Virus record (IMG/VR): IMGVR_UViG_3300040770_000629
Location: 1 to 52,836 of that record
Direction: 5' to 3' (one strand)
DNA from: a virus
Taxonomy: Duplodnaviria > Caudoviricetes
DNA: 52,836 nucleotides
Shown: in pieces, positions 37,666 to 46,641 of the stretch
Layout: each line of letters opens with the position of its first letter
Position numbering within the stretch: the first letter of the stretch is position 1
Made by a program: the position numbers and the translations under genes
The notes under the pieces: generated by a model
The model's database searches: none
Told to the model about the DNA's origin: nothing
The model's input: only the letters and a program-made list of their open reading frames with translations

Positions 37666-38391
37666 CTTTACTTTTTCAATTCGTATACTTGCGCAAAACA
37701 AATCGATGTCGTAAAGCTTCAAATCGATGAAAGTGCTTGAGACCATTTCAAGCATTCTCAGCGGGTGCATGGTGTCTCTGATCATCTCCACCATCTCAGC
37801 AGGCGTAGGTTCTCTGATAAAATAAATACCAGGAACAATCACACTGTATTGTGGACAAGGGGTTTTCTGAAAGTTTTCAGCCTGTGCTTCTAGCCATGGG
37901 GCGTAGTCATACATGAAGAGAATAGACAGATTGTCTTTAATGAACTGAGGTGTCAGCGTAGCAGGAGGCATGTTGACAGCTTGAATGTCACAAACTTTGT
38001 TTGTAGCATAAACCATGCCTTCAACGATTGCATTTTCTTCTTCTTTCTCAAGAGCGTAAGGATAAGTATTAATGAAGATTTTAGGACCAGCATGAACAGG
38101 AGAGTTGACGGCTTGGCTAGTCATGGTGATGACTAACTCTTTGATAAACCCAATGGCTTTGGTCACCACAGCTTGTCTCAAAGTGTTTTTGTCTCTAGCC
38201 TTGTAAGCTTTGTCGAACTCTTCCTTGTCTACACCTTTGAACGTATCGGTTTTTCTCTCGAAGTACTTCTCGTTAAAAGCTTCATTAATCTTGTCCTCAC
38301 CCATCAAGAAGATAGTAGCCAGGCGTGTATCAAGCAAGGCATCCAACTCAATGTAGATGCCTTGCTTTTTGTTATACTCTTCCTTACCCAT
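37660..38391 (-). CDS. conserved phiKZ-like hypothetical protein, degenerate HAD-like N-terminus
   Basis: 243 aa; IYIELDALLDTR. Confidence 0.65.
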   Translation of the reverse strand: MGKEEYNKKQGIYIELDALLDTRLATIFLMGEDKINEAFNEKYFERKTDTFKGVDKEEFDKAYKARDKNTLRQAVVTKAIGFIKELVITMTSQAVNSPVHAGPKIFINTYPYALEKEEENAIVEGMVYATNKVCDIQAVNMPPATLTPQFIKDNLSILFMYDYAPWLEAQAENFQKTPCPQYSVIVPGIYFIREPTPAEMVEMIRDTMHPLRMLEMVSSTFIDLKLYDIDLFCASIRIEKVKA

Positions 38392-38392
38392 G

Positions 38393-39190
38393 CTATTCCT
38401 TTTTATACCAACCAGGATAGTTGTCGCTAGCTATTCTGTAAACAATAGATTGTTTTGTCATACCTAGCTTTCTACCTGCATCGGTCAAAGATTCATATTC
38501 AATATCATCTCCTACAACTGAAACTTTATTTGGTGCAATCATTTTACCTATCCTTGCAACTCTCTGCGTTTCTCTGTATGTAGGATCTTTCCATTTTTCA
38601 GTAATGTAATTACTGTTTCTTTCTTTGAATTCGTCTGTTCTAGTTTGTCCAATTAAGGATTTCCTGTTACCTGCTGCGTAACTTTCAGATATCTTTTCTG
38701 ACAAAATTTTACTAATCTCTCTTTTTCTTTCCGGTGTTATAGCAGATTTACCAGCGTTTGCTGCTGCAACATTTTTCTCTCTGAAATTTGGATCTTTCCA
38801 AAGATTGAGAGCTGCTTGTCTATTTTTTTCTATAGACTCTTCCGAATGTTTGTAACCTGTCATAGGTTTTTCAACATCCATGCAGATGTTAAGAAGGCAC
38901 GGATTTCCTTTTAATTCATTTATCGTAATTTGTTCTAACGCTAACGCAGCTTTTCTCTTTTCTTCTAGGGTATCTCCTTCTACAGGTACACCTACGAATT
39001 GAAAATTTGGGTCTTGATTATACGCTTTTTGGAACTTGTAATTCCAGTGCTCATTTCTATTTAGTTTATATTCATGAGTTTTTCTACGTTTTTCTAAGTT
39101 ACCACTACCTACGTAAATTTTGTCTGTTATTGGATTATGAATAACATAAAAACCTAGAACAACATTTTTTTGAGATGAATCAGATTCCAT
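38393..39190 (-). mobile_element. free-standing GIY-YIG homing endonuclease with NUMOD3-like repeats and C-terminal HTH
   Basis: GFYVI.N....KIYVGS......R...H, conserved E (LEQ) and N (LLN); MTGYKHSEES; YESLTDAGRKLG; visibly more AT-rich than neighbours. Confidence 0.9.
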
Positions 39191-39194
39191 TTTT

Positions 39195-39264
39195 ATACCT
39201 CACACAAAAACTATTACATATAATAGAAACAAGACTATTTGTAATATGCATCTGTGTAAGGTAT
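39195..39264 (-). promoter_or_regulatory. RBS-sequestering hairpin with internal promoter candidates
   Basis: mRNA AUACCUUACACA (39264-39253) pairs with UGUGUGAGGUAU (39206-39195), which contains the SD; nested CTATTA-TATG-TAATAG. Confidence 0.6.
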
Positions 39265-39278
39265 TTGTATCTTTACGT

Positions 39279-39947
39279 CTAGAGCGAACTTGAGATGTGC
39301 ATGGCAGTCAAGTATGCCTTCAATGTCATCGTTGACTCTACACCGCCTGCAAGCCCTTTGATAGCCATCATGCTAACGCCACCTGTTTTACTGATGGAGT
39401 CATTCATTGCATCAAAACCTTTGATGTCACCACCCCGGAACTTCAAGAACTCAATCAAGCAGTTATCCAGTCCCATAGCTGCCATCACCTGAGTCTCAGG
39501 GAAAGACATTTTACTGCCTTTAGATCTACCGGTAGGTTGACCGGTAAAATCGTCAATGACTTTGTTGTCTTCAGGAATAGAAATCTTCTTGATGAGCACT
39601 TGAGCTTGACGACGAACAGGAAGGTCTACCACCAAGTAAGGAATAGGGGTGAGGTACGTAGGCATGTCGCCTGTTCCCTCAATCCAAACCCTCTGGAAGA
39701 ACTCGTGACCTAGCTCTTTAGCCAGCTCAAGGTTTCTTTCGGTGGAGACACCTTCTTGACCGAAGTTAGGAACAATCACAGCTAATCGACTCTCGCCTGA
39801 CTCCAAATCAGTCATGAACTTATCAAAAGCTTCATCACTCATTTCATCAAACAACTCGACGTAAATCTGTTTGTTCTTACCACCTGGGGCAAGTTTACCT
39901 ATTTGTTCAATGATAAAGTTTTGAGCGATTTGTCGATTGGGGGTCAT
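39279..39947 (-). CDS. virion RNA polymerase beta subunit, C-terminal part (phiKZ gp149-like)
   Basis: DDFTGQPTGRSKGSKMSFPE...EFLKFRGGD matches beta region I (TQQPLGG...EM...E.LT.KSDD). Confidence 0.88.
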   Translation of the reverse strand: MTPNRQIAQNFIIEQIGKLAPGGKNKQIYVELFDEMSDEAFDKFMTDLESGESRLAVIVPNFGQEGVSTERNLELAKELGHEFFQRVWIEGTGDMPTYLTPIPYLVVDLPVRRQAQVLIKKISIPEDNKVIDDFTGQPTGRSKGSKMSFPETQVMAAMGLDNCLIEFLKFRGGDIKGFDAMNDSISKTGGVSMMAIKGLAGGVESTMTLKAYLTAMHISSSL

Positions 39948-40273
39948 AGTTGCACCGGTAGTCTTTTGTCAATACAAAAAGGAATGATCTTACCGTGGAA
40001 CAAACGAAGCCAGTCTTCGACTTCACCATCATTGACCAGACAAAGCCGGTGATTGACTGTGAACTCTGGACATTTGAGCAACTGCTGGTTCCAGTAAGAA
40101 TTCAAAATATGTCTTTGACCTTTAGGGTCAGCCAACTTTGAAGCCATGATGATTCTCTCATCTGTGTAGTAGTAAGCCAATACTTCATTGTGCAGACCAA
40201 CAGATGTGAGCAAATCAGCGACAGCTCGAACGAGATCGGTAACGGGTGGTTTGGTTTCTTTTTTCGTGTTCAT
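39944..40273 (-). CDS. hypothetical protein
   Basis: 109 aa, ATGA-coupled to the beta-C gene. Confidence 0.7.
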   Translation of the reverse strand: MNTKKETKPPVTDLVRAVADLLTSVGLHNEVLAYYYTDERIIMASKLADPKGQRHILNSYWNQQLLKCPEFTVNHRLCLVNDGEVEDWLRLFHGKIIPFCIDKRLPVQL

Positions 40274-40276
40274 GAT

Positions 40277-41713
40277 TTATTTCTTCTTAACAGTTTTGTC
40301 AGCATTCATCCAGTAAGGAAAATACTCTTTTGATCTCATTTTCAGGAGGTCAAGTGTTGACAGATATGGAATAGCGTGTTTCTCGTTGTCCAGTGTCCAC
40401 CAGCCACGAGTAGCCAGCAAGACATCCCAGTCATAACCCTGTGCTTTCAAGTCATCGTACAAGGCCTTAGGTGTACACAAAATATCGTCATATTGCCTCA
40501 TGTATTGATGCATCTGGCAAAGCTCAGACGTAATGTTCAAAGCTCGTTTGAGCTTGTCATCCGTGTCAGACTTAGAGCGAATGGTTGTTCGGCTGATTTT
40601 AACATCAGGCAAAAGATCCAAAGCATAATGCTGAAGCGTTCCTGAAATACCAAAACGATCGTTGTTTTTAATGTTGTTGAATTCACTCAGTTCTGCAAGT
40701 ACACCTTCAGACTGAGAGACCATCAACTCGATCGTGTAACCAGAAGGACCTGACTTACTTCTGAGCATTCTCAGTGTCACAACATTCAAATCAGTTTCAA
40801 ACGGTGCGTTGTCACTTGAGTTGCGAGGATACTCACTGCTCTTGGTGCCTTGATTGATAAAGGGTGCAGCGTTGATAGCGTGCCAGCAGTTACTCATCAA
40901 GAAGAAGAACTTCTCAGTGACACCTTTGATCACGTCACCGTTTTTCAAGTGTTGTAGTTTCTTGATTGGTGCTGTAGGCATTGGGCCTGATGCCATCTCA
41001 ATAGTTTTACCCACGTGAGCAGACAACAACATGTAGTGATACACAGCGCCAGTGATCGCAGGAATTTCCATCAGGAAACGAACCTTGGCAGCACCTTGTC
41101 TCATGTGCATGGTGTTAGCACCAGAGTCACCCAACTCGTTTTCATCTTGCATCTTAGCGACGTTCTCAGTTTCAAACAAAGTGAAACTGTCGACTTCACC
41201 AAACGTAGGCACAGGAATCATCAAAGGTTTGCCTGTGCTGCGATCTGGAAACGGTGTAGCTCTTTCAATCTTCTTGACTGCTGCTTTCTTTTCTTTCAGA
41301 AACTCTTTCAAGATTTCATACCACTGATTGCCAAAGTAAATTGTCTTGTCGGTGATGGTCCAGATGTTGGCAGTCAGAATATCCACAGTGGCTCTAGCGA
41401 AAGCTGAAAACCTGCGTGCAAAGCGTTTGAGGTGTGACTCGTGGATGTTAATCTCAGTGTCATACGTGTTCATGCTTGTAGGTGTTGTCTCGTAGATCTT
41501 GGCAGCGGCAGAGAGCATCATGTAATGCATGATCGTGCTTTTGAAGTTATTGCCAATACCCACTACACCTGTGATTCCGCCCAGTCCGCCGTTGAGAATA
41601 CTCTCTCCGTGAAGACCTGTTACATAAGTGCCTGTAGGGATGTCCATACACGCACCAATGTTGATCATGACCTTGACGCTAGGACTTTGCGTGAAATTAG
41701 GAATCAGATTCAT
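40277..41713 (-). CDS. uvsX: UvsX/RecA-like recombinase (phiKZ gp152-like)
   Basis: UvsX-type Walker A GIGNNFKST, YDTE, Walker B EVDSF, RSKSGPSG. Confidence 0.85.
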   Translation of the reverse strand: MNLIPNFTQSPSVKVMINIGACMDIPTGTYVTGLHGESILNGGLGGITGVVGIGNNFKSTIMHYMMLSAAAKIYETTPTSMNTYDTEINIHESHLKRFARRFSAFARATVDILTANIWTITDKTIYFGNQWYEILKEFLKEKKAAVKKIERATPFPDRSTGKPLMIPVPTFGEVDSFTLFETENVAKMQDENELGDSGANTMHMRQGAAKVRFLMEIPAITGAVYHYMLLSAHVGKTIEMASGPMPTAPIKKLQHLKNGDVIKGVTEKFFFLMSNCWHAINAAPFINQGTKSSEYPRNSSDNAPFETDLNVVTLRMLRSKSGPSGYTIELMVSQSEGVLAELSEFNNIKNNDRFGISGTLQHYALDLLPDVKISRTTIRSKSDTDDKLKRALNITSELCQMHQYMRQYDDILCTPKALYDDLKAQGYDWDVLLATRGWWTLDNEKHAIPYLSTLDLLKMRSKEYFPYWMNADKTVKKK

Positions 41714-41864
41714 TGTTTGGTTGCTTTCAATTGATGCTGATGAAATATATAAAACGTACTTGTTCTCAAAGTATCGCGCTACCTAATAATTTTTTACTTC
41801 TGAATTCTATGACAGTTTATTTTTACTGCATAGATTTTGACACAAAACTCTGGAAACTTAAGAA

Positions 41865-42713
41865 ATGAAACACTTACAAATTGACGAAGTTGTTCGCCCA
41901 CACGCATCAGTTCTGCATGTGCTCAACTTAGAAGCCATGTCATTGACCAACATGGTCGGTAGCATTAAAAACCTTTTCCCTTCTTTTGCACAAAAACTCA
42001 AAGATACTTCTAACATTGTCGTGACAATTCCAGAAGTCAAAGTTGAGATGACAGACGCACAAGAATTCGTTCTCAAAAACGTGCATGTCAAAGAGTTCAT
42101 GGATTTGGCTGATTTGCAAATCCAAACACCAGAAGGTTTTTCTGGAAGCTATGTAGACTATTCTGCACTGCTCTACGAGATCTCTAAGCAGAACTCAACG
42201 ATCATTGAAGACGTGCTTAGACCCTTCAGTACTTACCTGAGCCAGTTCATCTCGAACAAAGACTCCAAACTGTCTACTCGTGATATTACCCAGCGTTACT
42301 TCGATGCTGAGTCTAAAGTCAAGATGTACACAGCTAGACTGGGTAAGTTCAGAGAAAATGGAACCTCTGGTTTGACAACGTTGGGTAAAGTAGTTTCAAG
42401 AAAGGCAGACATTGCTGCTGTTTATTCAAACACTTATCTGATCACCAAATCTCTAGAGAACACCAATCTCAAAGAAGTGCAGAAACTGGTTGACCATTGT
42501 CATGCACTGCTGAACATGATTGTTGATCAAGCCGTTAAAGGATCAATTGAGTCAGTCACTCCTGAAGTGGCTCGTAACTTGGCATACAGTGCTGAGCACG
42601 TAGCAGAAGAAATTGAATTCATCGCTTTGGTTCATTTCAAAGCATTGGGTTTTGTCCAGTCTGTGGACAAGATGACAGTGACATTGAGTAACTTCATCAA
42701 AGGCGTTCATTAA
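41865..42713 (+). CDS. probable virion head protein (phiKZ gp153-like)
   Basis: 282 aa divergent from uvsX; short N-terminal leader ending LNLEA; PEGF motif; synteny. Confidence 0.55.
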   Translation: MKHLQIDEVVRPHASVLHVLNLEAMSLTNMVGSIKNLFPSFAQKLKDTSNIVVTIPEVKVEMTDAQEFVLKNVHVKEFMDLADLQIQTPEGFSGSYVDYSALLYEISKQNSTIIEDVLRPFSTYLSQFISNKDSKLSTRDITQRYFDAESKVKMYTARLGKFRENGTSGLTTLGKVVSRKADIAAVYSNTYLITKSLENTNLKEVQKLVDHCHALLNMIVDQAVKGSIESVTPEVARNLAYSAEHVAEEIEFIALVHFKALGFVQSVDKMTVTLSNFIKGVH

Positions 42714-42721
42714 AAACTTAA

Positions 42722-42777
42722 AGCATAAGTAAATAACACCAGGCCTTCAAAAGCTTGGTGTTATTTACTATTATGCT
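42722..42777. terminator. stem-loop at convergent junction
   Basis: AGCATA-AGTAAATAACACCA ... TGGTGTTATTTACT-A-TTATGCT, 14-bp perfect stem. Confidence 0.75.
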
Positions 42778-42789
42778 CATGTGGTTTTA

Positions 42790-43281
42790 TTATGCCGTCT
42801 CTAAGATTCTGGGAAGAGAAGACAAAACGTTAACCACATCAGACCTCATGACGCGGTTGCTGTCATACTTGAGCCACCCCGGTGAACTCTTGATGATTGT
42901 ATTGGCAGCAATTCTCACTTCAGCAGGCTTTAATTCTCTTTTATCCAACTCTTCAAAGTCCAGTGGTGGTTTCTTGATATAGTAAAAGAAGAAGTCCTCA
43001 GGAAGTTTGTCTCGCCACATCTTCTTGCCAAAAACCATTGGTAGTGCAATAGCTTCATCTATGACTGAGACTTCCAAAAGTTCGTTGATCTTCCTAAGTA
43101 AAGTTTTACTGGGATTGTCAATGTTCTTGATACCACCAATAATGGTAGAAATTAAGATAAGCCTTTTTGTTCTCCTAGGCAATACCTTACCTAGGGTTAC
43201 ACAAATTAATGTCAGTGCTTTTTTCTTTAAACTAATACCGTTATTCGTTTTTACTTGAACGTTGTCAGTTTGATCGGACAT
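42790..43281 (-). CDS. hypothetical protein
   Basis: 163-aa basic ORF downstream of RNase H. Confidence 0.7.
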   Translation of the reverse strand: MSDQTDNVQVKTNNGISLKKKALTLICVTLGKVLPRRTKRLILISTIIGGIKNIDNPSKTLLRKINELLEVSVIDEAIALPMVFGKKMWRDKLPEDFFFYYIKKPPLDFEELDKRELKPAEVRIAANTIIKSSPGWLKYDSNRVMRSDVVNVLSSLPRILETA

Positions 43282-43302
43282 GTAGTTACTCTTTGAAAAA
43301 AT

Positions 43303-43339
43303 AGACTAGAGTCAAGTCTTTGAAACTTAGCTCTAGTCT
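43303..43339 (-). terminator. stem-loop overlapping the RNase H stop codon
   Basis: AGACTAGAG ... CTCTAGTCT followed by ATTTTTT on the minus strand. Confidence 0.55.
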
Positions 43340-44835
43340 TTTGAAAAAATAATGTTTGAGTAGACACCTGCCCAAACGCCGTAGCTTCCTTGTGACTCAA
43401 TGATGGTCGCGTACCTGAAGACGCCTTTTGCATGTCTCCATACAACAACAGATACTTTTGGTTCAAAATCTTCGAGTCGCTTCAAATAATTTCTACTTAA
43501 AATGTCAAGACCCAAAGTCAAGATAATTTTTAAGTTTACTTTACCTTCTTCTTCAGAGACGTATTCAAATTCAATCGGAAGAGCTGTAAAGCCAGTACTG
43601 TACTCTGGTTTGAGTTTAACCACAATAACAGGCTCCTTGTTTTTCTTCTCGATGACTTGAGAGTTGTATAAAATACTGGTAATGTCTTTCAGGTGTAAAT
43701 CTTTATTACCAGTCTTATAAGACTCTAACAAACCTTTGAGTTCAGCCAGATGCCCGAATGCTCTGAAAGCAAGGAAAGGAGGCACAAACTCTTTACACAA
43801 AGGCTCGCGTGCTAGTGTCTCCAAATCCAAACATCTGGCCTTGGGTTTGATAGTAGCAAGGCTTCCGTAGTTAGATAAGATTTTGAACGTCTCTGGTTTG
43901 TACACTTCATCGAGTCTGACCATCATCACAGAGTCAGATCCATCGCTCAAACCACACAAGTGTTGACGAATGTCTTCAAGGACAAAGTCAGGCTGTCTGA
44001 TCTGAACAACACACAAAGCACCATCGCTTGTTTTCTTACCCAGGTGATCATCGTCTTTACCATGCTCACCAAGATAGTATTCACCAGTGACATTACTCTC
44101 TCGCAGTGTGTTGAAGTACATGCGGCGATTACCAATAAACGGATGACGCTCGACTTCAGACTTCCAGTAACCTTCAGCAGGGGAAGTCTTCACCTCTGAC
44201 CTTACCATTTTCTTAGATGATGCGATCACGCCAATGCTGGCAAGTTGGTCAACTACCTCGTTACCATAAATACCACTATGAGCTTTAACCCACGTGACTT
44301 CGATGTTAACGCCTCTGGACGTAAGGTGATCATACTCGGTTAAGAGACTCTTCCAGTAGTCAGAGTTTGGAACAGGTGTGCCGTCAATACGAACCCAGTT
44401 ACGCTTGAGCCACACTGGTGACCACTCAGTGATTCCTTTTTGAACATACTGACTGTCTGTCAGGATATGCATGTATTTGATATTGTAGTCTTTAGCTTTG
44501 CGAAGAGCATTGGTAGCTCCTTCAATTTCAGCGGTGTTGTTAGTGCCTACAAGAGCACTGCTTCCATAGCCGTCAAAGTAACAAACAGGCTTGACCTCAG
44601 TTACTTCTTCTTTTTTCTTTTCAATCTTCGGAACGTAACCAATCATTGTCAGGTAGTCGTTTGAATTGCCTGAGCCTTTTTTAGGAACAACGTTCTCGTA
44701 TAGATAACCGTGAATACCCCAACCTGTGTTACCAGGATTTGGTTTAGCACCACCGTCGGTATACATGACAATGCCTTGCTCAACTTCAACAGTTTCAGCT
44801 TTGGCTTTGTCTGCGGATTTTACATTTGTGTTCAT
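43333..44835 (-). CDS. rnhA: ribonuclease HI with long C-terminal extension (phiKZ gp155-like)
   Basis: YTDGG..PNPG..GWG, TNNTAE, TDSQYV, WVKAHSG..GNE.VD.LA. Confidence 0.92.
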   Translation of the reverse strand: MNTNVKSADKAKAETVEVEQGIVMYTDGGAKPNPGNTGWGIHGYLYENVVPKKGSGNSNDYLTMIGYVPKIEKKKEEVTEVKPVCYFDGYGSSALVGTNNTAEIEGATNALRKAKDYNIKYMHILTDSQYVQKGITEWSPVWLKRNWVRIDGTPVPNSDYWKSLLTEYDHLTSRGVNIEVTWVKAHSGIYGNEVVDQLASIGVIASSKKMVRSEVKTSPAEGYWKSEVERHPFIGNRRMYFNTLRESNVTGEYYLGEHGKDDDHLGKKTSDGALCVVQIRQPDFVLEDIRQHLCGLSDGSDSVMMVRLDEVYKPETFKILSNYGSLATIKPKARCLDLETLAREPLCKEFVPPFLAFRAFGHLAELKGLLESYKTGNKDLHLKDITSILYNSQVIEKKNKEPVIVVKLKPEYSTGFTALPIEFEYVSEEEGKVNLKIILTLGLDILSRNYLKRLEDFEPKVSVVVWRHAKGVFRYATIIESQGSYGVWAGVYSNIIFSKD

Positions 44836-44856
44836 AATTTCAATTCTTATGTCGTG

Positions 44857-44890
44857 GTAGCAGGAGTATTACAAAGAATACCCCTGCTAC
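44857..44890 (-). terminator. intergenic stem-loop
   Basis: GTAGCAGG-A-GTATT ... AATAC-C-CCTGCTAC. Confidence 0.5.
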
Positions 44891-44894
44891 GTTA

Positions 44895-45230
44895 TTATTT
44901 ACCACGATCTGTTTTCTCTCTGGAAGGTCGATAAGTGTTAGCCATGCAAAACTCCAAAGATTTCTCAAGTTGTTGTGCTCTGACCTTATCAGCCTCAGCA
45001 ATTTCTAGTTTGGATTGAAGAACAATCTTCTCATTCTTCACTGCGATGTAGTTCAGTGACAGATTGTAAATTCTGGTGACTGCAAAGTAGTTAAAGCTGA
45101 AAGAAAGTAGCATCAAGACATAAACAAAAACCTTTTTCACTTTCAGGAATATGGAGCTGTTTTTCTCTTTGTTATTTCCAAACAACATCTCAAACAGAAA
45201 CGGGATGATGATGTTTATAATTTTTATCAT
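44895..45230 (-). CDS. small membrane protein with coiled-coil C-terminus
   Basis: ATG 45230 after GAAGGA; hydrophobic VFVYVLMLLSFSFNYFAV then a heptad-like region. Confidence 0.65.
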   Translation of the reverse strand: MIKIINIIIPFLFEMLFGNNKEKNSSIFLKVKKVFVYVLMLLSFSFNYFAVTRIYNLSLNYIAVKNEKIVLQSKLEIAEADKVRAQQLEKSLEFCMANTYRPSREKTDRGK

Positions 45231-45339
45231 TACATGTGGGTCCTTCTCATTGTATGAACGCACAAAGCTTTGCAACTAAGGCGTAACATTTACATTTATT
45301 GTAACAGAGTATTTAAATAAGTCAAATGGAGTTTTAAAA

Positions 45340-46629
45340 ATGTACAGTTTAAAAGGTTTTATTGAAATTGAAGCTCTCGTTAAAAATAACGTGGGTGTAA
45401 ACTCCGTTATTGGCGAGCTGTCTGTCCTGGCTTCAACTTACAGTCGAGAGCGAGGCGACTATTTTAATCCAACTTATCCTGGTTTTAATCTGGTTACACT
45501 TTCAAGCGTCACCGACTCTACTAAAGTACCTGTTGACCCTGTTTTGTCATCTCACGTCCTTGAGGTTGCAAAATACGTATATGACTACTGCCTTTTGAAA
45601 GCTGGTGGTATTAACCAAACAGACTTTAATGCAGACATCAGTACTTATTTTGCTGAGGAAATACAAACTCTTAATTTTGGTTTGTTTGTAAGTAACGGAG
45701 ACTTGTCTCTACCAGCGTTTATGAGCTGGACAAATCCACTGCTTCCTGCAAACGTGATTAAAATCTGGTTTGCTGACTCAGCGTTTCGTCAACAGTACGA
45801 TCAATTTGAAATCATAGTTATTCCGCCTGTTCCTGACTTAGATGATTTTTATCTTGCTGTCAGTGCAATTCAAACCAAGGTTCAGTCGCGTTCTATCCCT
45901 GAATTGGTTGACTTGATTCAAGCGTCAAAACTGAACAATCCAGAGACAGTTCTCCGCACAAACTCATACGATTACTACAACCCGGTCACCAGCTTACCTG
46001 TGTTTGAAACCTTGTGGTCTGTATTGATTTACGGTGCAGCTGGTGATAATATCGACACCATCAAAGATGCAACCATCGCTTACATCTTGGCCAACAGTAC
46101 TCATTCGAGAGCTGAGTGGACAGTAATCCTGCCAGACCTTTTTAAAAGAACTGAGTTTGTGGTGCTCCCCAGATGGACAAACCTAGCTATTCCTAACTTG
46201 ACGACTACCGTGGGTATCTATTCTCCTGTCATTAACTTGAGAGAATCGAACATTTACGCTAAAGCCAAAGTGCCCGAATACACAAGCGCTCACATTGATC
46301 TATACCTCACTGCGTTGGGCGTTAACTACAAGAGCTTAGCTGTGTTATGTATCAGTAACCCTGAAAACAGAGACGGTAAGTTTGAGTTGCGTACACTTTA
46401 TCCGGACTACATCAATGTTGGAACGAACAGCCTTGACTTCAACCGGATGTCTGCTGTCACGCAAGAGTTTGTAGACTTGCTTGAAAGAATGTTGATCGTT
46501 GCTGAGACAATGACTGAGTTCAGTGATGTTCCTCCTGAAGTCAGACGTGTCAAACGCGGCACACGGGTGTTTGCATCTGCTGTGTACGATAACATTCAGT
46601 ATTTGGTATTGTCAAGAAGCACAGCTTGA
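45340..46629 (+). CDS. virion structural protein (phiKZ gp157-like)
   Basis: 429 aa, GGAG RBS; MYSLKGF...GELS N-terminus recalled from phiKZ relatives. Confidence 0.65.
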   Translation: MYSLKGFIEIEALVKNNVGVNSVIGELSVLASTYSRERGDYFNPTYPGFNLVTLSSVTDSTKVPVDPVLSSHVLEVAKYVYDYCLLKAGGINQTDFNADISTYFAEEIQTLNFGLFVSNGDLSLPAFMSWTNPLLPANVIKIWFADSAFRQQYDQFEIIVIPPVPDLDDFYLAVSAIQTKVQSRSIPELVDLIQASKLNNPETVLRTNSYDYYNPVTSLPVFETLWSVLIYGAAGDNIDTIKDATIAYILANSTHSRAEWTVILPDLFKRTEFVVLPRWTNLAIPNLTTTVGIYSPVINLRESNIYAKAKVPEYTSAHIDLYLTALGVNYKSLAVLCISNPENRDGKFELRTLYPDYINVGTNSLDFNRMSAVTQEFVDLLERMLIVAETMTEFSDVPPEVRRVKRGTRVFASAVYDNIQYLVLSRSTA

Positions 46630-46641
46630 ATGTGATTAAAC

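Noticed and set aside
38393-39278. Group I intron around the endonuclease
   Set aside because: Both flanking genes look complete, and only 88 bp and 1 bp of non-coding flank exist, too little for a ribozyme core
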